A stretch of DNA of 64,000 bases, from the NCBI GenBank assembly GCA_963422745.1, contig OY730477.1, positions 1,400,880 to 1,464,879 of the forward strand, written 5' to 3'. The stretch comes from Acidimicrobiales bacterium (GTDB lineage Bacteria; Actinomycetota; Acidimicrobiia; Acidimicrobiales; Aldehydirespiratoraceae). The notes below the pieces were generated by a model. That model was given only the letters and a program-made list of their open reading frames with translations, made no database searches and was not told the origin of the DNA. Below are positions 56,498-64,000 of this stretch, piece after piece. Position numbers and translations under genes: made by a program. The stretch's first letter is position 1, and the number at the start of each line of letters is the position of its first letter.

Positions 56498-58909
56498 ATG
56501 AGGGTCACCCTTTCGTGGCTTCGGGAGTTCGCAGCAGGTATCAACGGTGATGCCGCCGAACTCTCTGAGGTTCTATCGGCTCTGGGTTTGGCGGTGGAAC
56601 GTAGCTGGGTTACTGGCACCGCCCCCGAAGGTGTCGTCGTTGCCAGAGTCGTTGCTCTCAGGCCCCATCCCGGCGCCGACAGAATCCAGCTGGTCGACGT
56701 TGATATCGGGTCCGGGGAGCCTCTGCAGGTCTGCTGCGGAGCTTTCAACATGGTTGTCGGTGACCTGGTTGCTTTCGCCTCGATCGGAACCGTCATGCCC
56801 AACGGAGTTAAGATCGCCCGCCGACTAATACGCGGTCAGGTTTCTGAGGGTATGTGTTGCTCGGCAGCTGAGATCGAATTGGGAGACGATCGTGACCAAA
56901 TTCTGGTCCTGAACGATCTGGTGACACCCCGAGCCGAGCCGGGAATGTCGCTGGGTGCCGCCTGCGGTTATCAGGTTGATGTTGTCTGGGATCTGGATGT
57001 CGGTGCAAACCGGCCCGACGCCATGTCCGTGGCCGGAGTGGCCCGAGATCTTGCCGCCGCGCTCGGGGTTCGGTTCTCCTATCCCGCTTATGCGATCTCC
57101 ACCACCGATGAATCCATACAGGGACTAATCGATGTTGAGATCGTGGATAGGACTCTGTGCGGCCGTTTCGTTGCAACCGTGCTGCGCAACGTGACGATCG
57201 GTAAGTCGCCTCTGTGGATGCAGAACCGGCTAACCCAACTCGGGATGCGTTCGGTTAACTCGATCGTGGACATCTCCAACTACGTGATGCTCGAGTTAGG
57301 TCAACCCAACCACGCCTTTGACCTAGCGCGCATCACAGACGGCCAGCTACGGATCCGCCGCGCCCACCGAGGCGAGAAGCTTGTCACCCTTGACGGACTG
57401 CAGCGGGAACTCTGTGATGGTGAAGGTGTGATCGCCGACGGCACCGATGAAGTGATCTCTTTGGCTGGCGTGATGGGCGGAGCCAGAACCGAGATCTCCG
57501 AGTCGACTACCGATGTGTTGCTGGAGATGGCCTGGTGGGATCCGCCCAGCATTTCGCGCACAGCCAAACGGATGGGTTTGGTCACCGAGGCGGCTACTCG
57601 TAATCGTCGCGGTGTAGACTGGGGCCAGAACCTTGATCGTGCAATGCGACGGTTCATTGCATTAGCCGCAGAATCGGGCGTAACCGCGGTTGACGGGTTC
57701 GTGGACGTGGCTGGCAACACCCCGGACCGATCTCCTCAGCCGGTTCGCACCCGCAGGATTAATAGCCTGCTCGGCACAACGCTGACAGCAGACAACATGG
57801 CGGATCTGCTTCGCCCAATCGGGTTCGGGGTTCAGGTTCATGCCAGCGGAGATAGTGACACCAGCGGTGACGGCGGGAGCGGTGATGATGTCGACTTGAG
57901 CGTCACGATTCCGACGTGGCGCCTTGACACCGAAACCGAAACCGATATAGCCGAAGAAGTCGCCCGCATGTACGGCTATGAGCGCATCCAGCGCACCGTT
58001 CCGATCGGAAAAAGGGCCGCCGCCTTGACGCCGAAGCAGGTAGGCCGTCGTCTGGTGCGAGATGTACTCGTTGGTCTCGGATGCGACGAGACACTGCCGA
58101 TGCCGTTTCTGGCACCGGGCGACCTCGCTCGCGCGGGTATGGCCGAGGACGGGATCACGCTCACAAACCCTCTTCACGCCCTTGAATCGGTACTACGTAC
58201 GTCGCTGCTTCCCGGACAACTCAAAGCGGTTGCTTACAACCAGTCTCATCGATCCGGCGATGTTCGGTTCTTTCAGATAGACCATGTGTTTCTTGCGCCC
58301 CGGGAGGGCCGGTTGCTGCCCGATGAACGTGAACACCTCGCCGTCGCCTTGGCTTGCGAGGAAGCGCCCGAGGCTGTTGCGGTTCTCGACACGATCACCA
58401 AGGCTCTCGCGGTCGAGAACCCGGAACTCCAACACAGCTCGCCGCCGGGGCTTCATCGCACCCGGGCGGCGCATGTGATGGTGGCTGGCAAGGTGATAGG
58501 CGTTGTCGGTGAGATCGACCCTGAGGTGCTCGACGCCTTTGGAGTGGATGGTCCGGTGGCCTGGATCGAACTTGATCTTGGTGCATTGTTGGACGGTCCC
58601 CGCGGTGCTCGTAGTTATCGTCGGGTCAGCAAGTTCCCTTCCTCGGACATCGATCTGGCGTTCGTTGTGCCCGAGTCGGTGCAGGCAGCACAGATCGAGT
58701 CAAGGTTGCGCCGAGCGGGAGGGTCTTTGCTTGTCGATCTCGGCTTGTTCGACGTCTACCGAGATGTCGGCGATGGCTACCGCTCGCTTGGGTATCGCCT
58801 GCGGTTCCAAGCCGAGGATCGCACCCTCACCGATGCCGAGATTGCCCAAGTCCGCCGACACTGCATCGCGGAGGTCACGAACAATACCGGTTCCACCCTT
58901 CGGCGCTGA
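56498..58909 (+). CDS. pheT: phenylalanine--tRNA ligase beta subunit
   Basis: MRVTLSWLREF start, tRNA-binding OB domain (HPGADRIQLVDVDIG), B3/4 and B5 domains, and a C-terminal FDX-ACB domain. 803 aa. Confidence 0.95.
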   Translation: MRVTLSWLREFAAGINGDAAELSEVLSALGLAVERSWVTGTAPEGVVVARVVALRPHPGADRIQLVDVDIGSGEPLQVCCGAFNMVVGDLVAFASIGTVMPNGVKIARRLIRGQVSEGMCCSAAEIELGDDRDQILVLNDLVTPRAEPGMSLGAACGYQVDVVWDLDVGANRPDAMSVAGVARDLAAALGVRFSYPAYAISTTDESIQGLIDVEIVDRTLCGRFVATVLRNVTIGKSPLWMQNRLTQLGMRSVNSIVDISNYVMLELGQPNHAFDLARITDGQLRIRRAHRGEKLVTLDGLQRELCDGEGVIADGTDEVISLAGVMGGARTEISESTTDVLLEMAWWDPPSISRTAKRMGLVTEAATRNRRGVDWGQNLDRAMRRFIALAAESGVTAVDGFVDVAGNTPDRSPQPVRTRRINSLLGTTLTADNMADLLRPIGFGVQVHASGDSDTSGDGGSGDDVDLSVTIPTWRLDTETETDIAEEVARMYGYERIQRTVPIGKRAAALTPKQVGRRLVRDVLVGLGCDETLPMPFLAPGDLARAGMAEDGITLTNPLHALESVLRTSLLPGQLKAVAYNQSHRSGDVRFFQIDHVFLAPREGRLLPDEREHLAVALACEEAPEAVAVLDTITKALAVENPELQHSSPPGLHRTRAAHVMVAGKVIGVVGEIDPEVLDAFGVDGPVAWIELDLGALLDGPRGARSYRRVSKFPSSDIDLAFVVPESVQAAQIESRLRRAGGSLLVDLGLFDVYRDVGDGYRSLGYRLRFQAEDRTLTDAEIAQVRRHCIAEVTNNTGSTLRR

Positions 58910-58990
58910 TGTCCAAAGGCGTGCGCGAGGACGTAAGCCGTGTTGTTTTGTGCACTGTGAATGCGTTACTGCGATACCCTTCGTCGTCGC

Positions 58991-59065
58991 GCGCCGGTGC
59001 CCGAGAGGCCCAAGGGAGCGGCCTGCAAAGCCGTACAGTCGCGGGTTCGAATCCCGCCCGGCGCT
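58991..59065 (+). tRNA. tRNA-Cys (anticodon GCA), CCA not encoded
   Basis: Hand-folded cloverleaf: acceptor GCGCCGG/CCGGCGC, D arm CCCG-AGAGGCCCA-AGGG, anticodon arm GCGGC-CTGCAAA-GCCGT, and T arm GCGGG-TTCGAAT-CCCGC. The discriminator is U, a tRNA-Cys identity element. The variable loop reads 6 nt, so exact ends need tRNAscan-SE. Confidence 0.85.
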
Positions 59066-59473
59066 CGCAACGGTGTCGAACTCGATGCTTTGCCACACGG
59101 CGTGAAGTACCTGGTCAGCATTCGGGCCTGTAGCGCCGCAGGTGATGGTCCTTGGTCACCCCAGCCAGCAAGGCAATCGGCTTTGCAAGGCAATCGCGGG
59201 CTACCCAACCCACTGGTTGCATTTGGATCATCGACGGTCGCCTTTGCTGTCGGCTCAGGGGACGTCTTTGTGGGTGTTGTGGTCGGTGCCCTCTAACGGT
59301 GGTTTCTCCGATTCGGTACTACAACGTGCGTTGTCGGTTCGTGGATGATCTCTGGACCAGAGCCGTTGTGGCAGTCGCTGGCCGAACACCGTGCCCACCA
59401 TCATCGGCCTGCAGTCAAGATCGGCCTATTTCTGGGGGGCTGTCAGCGCCGATTTGCCGGTGTCTTGTGGCGA

Positions 59474-61111
59474 CTATGTACGAGCGCGAAGCCTACGCCG
59501 GATGATCTCGCGCCTCTTTTGAAGATCGCGGTAGGTGAGTGTCTGTATCGAAGTGTCGATTCCCAGCGCATTCCGCAAGCCGTCGGCGTCAAAACGGTAC
59601 TCAGCGGGATCCATCCCCATCTCCGCCGCCAGGCGGGCCCCGTGGGCGCTTGCGAAGTAGGCGGCGACCTCAGCGATCTCGCCAAGCAGGTCCAGTTCCG
59701 GAGCAAGGCGAGCGATTGCACCGTCAAGAAACATCATGTTCTTCACGAACAGCATCAACTCCTTGGGTATTTGTGCTCCGTAGCCGAGAAGGGCTTTGAC
59801 CACACGCTGGAGCTCAGTCACCAACTCTTGGGCATCCAAGGTGGTTGGATCGACGACTTCTTCGAGCAGCCCCAGATCCTGCGCGATGGCGTCAAGATCA
59901 GAATCTGCGGGCAGAGCCCCAAGATCACGCAGCGCTCTCAGCCGGCCAATCGGATCATCCATGGTGGTGCTGACTAGGAGCCGCACGAAAGCTCGACGTC
60001 GTGGTTCGCTCATTCGGCCGGTTATGCCGAAATCAAGCAGCGCAGTTCGCCCGTCGGGTCTGACGTAGAGATTGCCGCCGTGCAGGTCGCCGTGGAAGAC
60101 CCCGTGTATCAAAGCACCTTCCATGAACCCGATCATCCCCGAGCGAACAACCGCATGGGTATCAACACCGTGTTCGCTGTAACTCGCCAAGTTGTCGAAC
60201 CGAAAGCCGTCGAGGCGTTCCATCACCAGCACACGCCGTGTTACAAGCGTGGGATGCGGCCGCGGCACGATGAATTGACGCTGACCCAAATCAGCGAATA
60301 CTCGGGCCACGTCGATCATGTTGGCTGCCTCGATGCGAAAGTCGAGTTCCTCACTAATGGTGTGGGCAAACACCTCCACCAACGCAGGTGGGTTGGCCAG
60401 CGCGGCAATACGGATCCGACCCACGAGCATCGGTGCCACCCAGGCCATCACGGCCAGGTCCTGATGGACGAGGCTGTCGACACCGGGGCGCTGAACCTTG
60501 ACCACCACGGCAGTGCCGTCGGCAAGCGTCGCTGCGTGGACCTGTGCTACCGACGCCGCCGCGACTGGTTGGCGTTCGAAATCGGAAAACAGGTGCTCAA
60601 GCGGGGCGCCGAGGCCTTGCTCGACCACCCGGCGCACATCGGCGAACGATTCGGGTGGCACCTGGTCGCGGCACCGGGCGAACTCAGCCACGAGTTCGCC
60701 CGGAAAGATCCCCTCCCCGCTGGATATGAGCTGACCGAGTTTGATATATGTCGGACCTAAGATCTCTGCCGCTTTACGCAGACGACGTGCTAGATCTGCC
60801 ACTGAGGTCGCGCCACCCCTTCGACGACCGCTGAGTGCCCATGCCGTCACAGCTCCACCGAGGTGGCGGATTACGTGCAATGGTCGACGACCCGACGGAA
60901 AGCGGCTAGGGGTGATCAGTGCTGGGAGGCGACGTCGGGTGGCGGCTCGAAGCGATTCCACGTCGCGGTACCAGACGAGCCGGTCAAGTTCGACGGTCCA
61001 GGGGGCGTCATCGCTGAAAGCACCAAGGGCCAGATCGGGTGGCGGGCCGGTCACGCAGTCAAGTGTCGCCGTGGCTTCGCTTCGCGCCAACGCGGTCCTA
61101 GCCGACGCCAA
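59474..61111 (-). CDS. ABC1/UbiB-family atypical kinase
   Basis: FERQPVAAASVAQVHAATLADGTAVVVKVQRPGV, and FHGDLHGGNLYV catalytic-loop equivalent. 545 aa. Confidence 0.88.
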   Translation of the reverse strand: MASARTALARSEATATLDCVTGPPPDLALGAFSDDAPWTVELDRLVWYRDVESLRAATRRRLPALITPSRFPSGRRPLHVIRHLGGAVTAWALSGRRRGGATSVADLARRLRKAAEILGPTYIKLGQLISSGEGIFPGELVAEFARCRDQVPPESFADVRRVVEQGLGAPLEHLFSDFERQPVAAASVAQVHAATLADGTAVVVKVQRPGVDSLVHQDLAVMAWVAPMLVGRIRIAALANPPALVEVFAHTISEELDFRIEAANMIDVARVFADLGQRQFIVPRPHPTLVTRRVLVMERLDGFRFDNLASYSEHGVDTHAVVRSGMIGFMEGALIHGVFHGDLHGGNLYVRPDGRTALLDFGITGRMSEPRRRAFVRLLVSTTMDDPIGRLRALRDLGALPADSDLDAIAQDLGLLEEVVDPTTLDAQELVTELQRVVKALLGYGAQIPKELMLFVKNMMFLDGAIARLAPELDLLGEIAEVAAYFASAHGARLAAEMGMDPAEYRFDADGLRNALGIDTSIQTLTYRDLQKRREIIRRRLRART

Positions 61112-61136
61112 GAGATGCCATCACCGCAGCAGGTGC

Positions 61137-61910
61137 TCACGTCGGTGCCGATGCAAGTACTGAGAGAAGGGCTTCGGCCAGTTCGGGCCGACAAATGACG
61201 AGGTCGGGTAGCCAGACGTCGGCCTGGTTGTATCGCAACGCCGAGCCGTCAAGTCGGCTGACGTGACACCCGGCTGCGGCTGCCACAGCCGACGGTGCGC
61301 ACGAGTCCCACTCGAACTGTCCACCGGCATGCGCATAGATCTCGCAGTCTCCGCGAACGACAGCCATGGCCTTCGCTCCCGCCGACCCCATCGTCATCGT
61401 TTCGGCTCCGAGTTGCTGCGCCGCTCGCAGCACCACAGGATCGGCTCGGCTGCGGCTCACAACCATCCGTGGCGGGACTCTGGCGCTCAGCGGCAGGGAT
61501 GGGGGATCCGCAGTTGAAAGAACCGCTCCCAGAGCCGGCAACGCAACTGCGGCGGCGACTGGGACCTGCTCTGTGACCAGCGCCACATGCACAGCCCAGT
61601 CCGTACACCCCGGCATACCGAACTCACGGGTGCCGTCAAGGGGATCAACGATCCATACCCGATCCGCGGTTATACGAGCCGATCTATGGGTATTGTCGGT
61701 TGCTTCCTCGCTTAGCACACAGTCCTCGGGCCGTTCGATCGATAGACGTGTCAACAGCAATTCATGAGCCTGGCGGTCGCCTTGTGCTCGCAGCAGCGCT
61801 GGTGGCGCACCCTCGGCGTGCAGCCGGGCACGCAGGCCGACAAGAAGCTCGCCGGCTTCGTATGCGAGCGAAGCGGCCAGCTGGTGATCGTCTGGCGTAA
61901 TGGAGGTCAA
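61137..61910 (-). CDS. cysQ: inositol monophosphatase-family phosphatase, CysQ-like 3'(2'),5'-bisphosphate nucleotidase
   Basis: LSEEATD, WIVDPLDGTREF and FEWDSCAP metal and substrate motifs. Confidence 0.82.
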   Translation of the reverse strand: MTSITPDDHQLAASLAYEAGELLVGLRARLHAEGAPPALLRAQGDRQAHELLLTRLSIERPEDCVLSEEATDNTHRSARITADRVWIVDPLDGTREFGMPGCTDWAVHVALVTEQVPVAAAVALPALGAVLSTADPPSLPLSARVPPRMVVSRSRADPVVLRAAQQLGAETMTMGSAGAKAMAVVRGDCEIYAHAGGQFEWDSCAPSAVAAAAGCHVSRLDGSALRYNQADVWLPDLVICRPELAEALLSVLASAPT

Positions 61911-61943
61911 CGCAGTGATTGGAGTGGCTAACCCAAGAGCTTG

Positions 61944-64000
61944 CTAGCCCAGAGCTTCGTCAAGGAGCTGCGACACCTCCTGGTGGTGCACCTTGGCAGA
62001 TCCACATGCTGGGGAGCCGGACTCATGACGGCTCACACGCTGGATCCGGTGGGTGTGCTCGTGAGCTTCATATAGACGGCCCTTGATTGAGTTCCAAGGT
62101 CCCATGTTCTCTGGTTCCTCTTGCACCCAAAGCAACTCGGTTGCGTTCGGATACAGGTCAAGTTGGTAGGCAATAGCTCCGAAAGGCCACGGATAGAGTT
62201 GCTCAACCCGCACCACCGCGACGGCCGCGTTTCGCTTATCGCGTTCCGACATCAGGTCAAAGCCCACTTTTCCCGAACACAGGATCACACGGCTGATCTG
62301 TTCTGGTGTTTCTCTGTGATGGTCACCGAGTACTTCCTCAAAGGTGCCCGACAACAGATCGGTGACACGGGAACGGCTCCAGCGTGACCGCAACAACGAC
62401 TTGGGTGTGAAAACCACTAGTGGTGTCGGCGTCGACAGAAATGTCTGGCGTCGGAGAAGATGAAAGAACTGGGCGGCGGTCGTGGCATTACAGACCTGAA
62501 TGTTGTCCTCCGCGGCCATGAGCAAGAAACGTTCGATCCTCGCGGAGGAGTGTTCCGGCCCCTGTCCTTCAAAGCCATGTGGCAACAGCAGGACCAAGCC
62601 GCAGTCCTGATCCCATTTGTCTTTTGCCGCTACCAAGAATTGGTCAATTATGATTTGAGCACCATTGGCGAAATCCCCGAACTGTGCTTCCCAGATCGTC
62701 AGTACATCCGGATTCACCACCGAATAGCCGTATTCGAATCCAAGCGTGGCATATTCCGAAAGCAAAGAGTCGTAGATCCACAGGTTCGTGCCCTCGCCCG
62801 CCAACTCGGCCAGTGGTCGATGCTCCGCTTCGGTTTCGTAGTCGACAAGGGTCGAATGTCGATGACTGAAAGTTCCCCGCCGAGAATCCTGGCCAGCCAG
62901 ACGAATCGAGGTTCCCTCCAAGAGAAGCGATCCGAATGCCATGGCCTCGCCCAACGCCCAGTCAATCTCGCCCTCGGCGAACATCTTGTCCCGAGCGGTA
63001 AACTGCTGTGCCAACTTGGGATGCACAGCAAATCCGTCGGGAAGCGTCGAAAGAGCTTTGTGGATCCTTCGGATGGTCGCCTCGTTGACTGCGGTACGTA
63101 GGTGCGGCCGGACACCAGTAGCGGGAGTGGGTTGCCTGGCAATCCCATCGATTTCGCGGTTCGCATTGACCTCGTCAAGCGCCGACTGCAACCGGGCCCG
63201 AAAATCCGCAAGCGTTTCCTCGGCCTCGCTTGGCGTGAGGTCGTCTCGCTTGATGAGCGAAGCCGTGTACTGTGCTCGCACCGATGGGCGGGCATCAATG
63301 CGCCGGTACATCTCAGGAAGCGTGTAGCTCGGTTCGTCGCCTTCGTTGTGGCCGTGACGCCGGTAGCAGATCATGTCAATCACGACGTCTTTGTTGAAGT
63401 GTTGCCGGTATTTGAAAGCGAATCGGGCAACGCGCACGCAGGCTTCGGGGTCATCACCGTTGACGTGAAAGATCGGAGCCTGGATCATCTTCGCCACGTC
63501 CGTCGAATACTCCGAGGACCGGGCCACGTCGGGAGTGGTGGTGAAGCCGAGTTGGTTGTTGATCACCACGTGGACGCTGCCGCCGACTCGGTACCCTTGG
63601 ATCTGAGAAAGGTTGAGCGACTCGGCCACCACACCCTGACCGGCGAAGGCTGCGTCGCCGTGAATCAGCAGTGGCAAGACAGGGTAGGCACCTTCGCCAT
63701 CGGAGGGATCAATGCGATCCATTCGTGCACGAACCATGCCGAGCACGACCGGGCTCACTGCTTCAAGGTGTGAAGGATTGGCGGCCAGTTCAAGTGGCAG
63801 TGTCTTGCCGCTACGGCCGACAAAAACTCCAGTCTGGCCGAGGTGATACTTCACGTCCCCGGATCCCTGGGTCATCTCCGAGATCGTGCCACCTTCGAAC
63901 TCGTTGAACAGTTGGCCGTAGGTTTTGCCGACGATGTTGACTAACACGTTGAGTCTGCCACGATGGGCCATGCCGATCACCGCTCCGGCCATCTCGGCGT
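61944..64000 (-). CDS. sucA: 2-oxoglutarate dehydrogenase E1 component (SucA/Kgd), C-terminal ~680 aa; N-terminus lies beyond the window
   Basis: GMAHRGRLNVLVNIVGK, HGDAAFAGQGVVAE, RRHGHNEGDEP, GQDSRRGTFSHRH, and LLPHGFEGQGPEHSSARIERFL. The ORF is still open at the window edge. Confidence 0.93.
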   Translation of the reverse strand, partial: AEMAGAVIGMAHRGRLNVLVNIVGKTYGQLFNEFEGGTISEMTQGSGDVKYHLGQTGVFVGRSGKTLPLELAANPSHLEAVSPVVLGMVRARMDRIDPSDGEGAYPVLPLLIHGDAAFAGQGVVAESLNLSQIQGYRVGGSVHVVINNQLGFTTTPDVARSSEYSTDVAKMIQAPIFHVNGDDPEACVRVARFAFKYRQHFNKDVVIDMICYRRHGHNEGDEPSYTLPEMYRRIDARPSVRAQYTASLIKRDDLTPSEAEETLADFRARLQSALDEVNANREIDGIARQPTPATGVRPHLRTAVNEATIRRIHKALSTLPDGFAVHPKLAQQFTARDKMFAEGEIDWALGEAMAFGSLLLEGTSIRLAGQDSRRGTFSHRHSTLVDYETEAEHRPLAELAGEGTNLWIYDSLLSEYATLGFEYGYSVVNPDVLTIWEAQFGDFANGAQIIIDQFLVAAKDKWDQDCGLVLLLPHGFEGQGPEHSSARIERFLLMAAEDNIQVCNATTAAQFFHLLRRQTFLSTPTPLVVFTPKSLLRSRWSRSRVTDLLSGTFEEVLGDHHRETPEQISRVILCSGKVGFDLMSERDKRNAAVAVVRVEQLYPWPFGAIAYQLDLYPNATELLWVQEEPENMGPWNSIKGRLYEAHEHTHRIQRVSRHESGSPACGSAKVHHQEVSQLLDEALG

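Noticed and set aside
58961-59505. ORFs 58961..59296(+), 58966..59208(-), 59142..59348(+) and 59152..59505(+), and the idea of an integrated element at tRNA-Cys
   Set aside because: The first two overlap the tRNA gene itself. None has an RBS or a recognisable domain. No integrase, no att-like repeat of the tRNA 3' end and no compositional break is visible.

Overview
A visibly GC-rich, Actinobacteria-type core-genome segment. It is almost entirely on the + strand and tightly packed, with many ATGA/GTGA/TGATG stop-start overlaps. Gene order as I read it: pimA-like GT4, degenerate M48-like membrane protein, pdxS-pdxT, yebC, esterase, ruvC-ruvA-ruvB, queA-tgt, yajC-secD-secF, apt, rel, hisS-aspS, two small membrane proteins, alaS-ruvX-mltG-aroE, A24 prepilin peptidase, aroB, M24 aminopeptidase, efp-nusB, pyrR-pyrB-pyrC-carA-carB-pyrD-pyrF, mihF-gmk-rpoZ-coaBC-metK-priA, crotonase + SDR, def-fmt-rsmB, mog-ribD-hisG and a CSD-like protein. 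Then comes a (-) DUF1844-like gene, then infC-rpmI-rplT, a TrmH-family methyltransferase, pheS-pheT and tRNA-Cys(GCA). The window ends with three (-) genes: an ABC1/UbiB kinase, a CysQ-like phosphatase and the 3' two-thirds of 2-oxoglutarate dehydrogenase E1. The order closely follows the mycobacterial/corynebacterial arrangement, and mIHF is an actinobacterial marker. I saw no rRNA, CRISPR/cas, transposase, integrase, prophage or recognisable defence genes. The non-ordinary content is structural. At least six unrelated tandem-repeat loci sit exactly on gene junctions, with units of 64-70 bp (one of 96-97 bp). Several of them read as relays of mini-ORFs whose stops overlap the next start, which is MIRU-like architecture. 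One array consists of three decoy copies of the queA ribosome-binding site, start codon and first ~21 codons. Shorter perfect duplications lie at other gene termini (pimA, secF, aroB, fmt). Further sequence-level oddities are a Tgt without the CxCxxC zinc cysteines, a PriA without a Walker A motif, an M48-like protein with RELTQ in place of HEXXH, a class-1B-like PyrD with no adjacent pyrK, and a probable ATA start for infC. All family calls come from reading motifs in the supplied translations; no database search was run.
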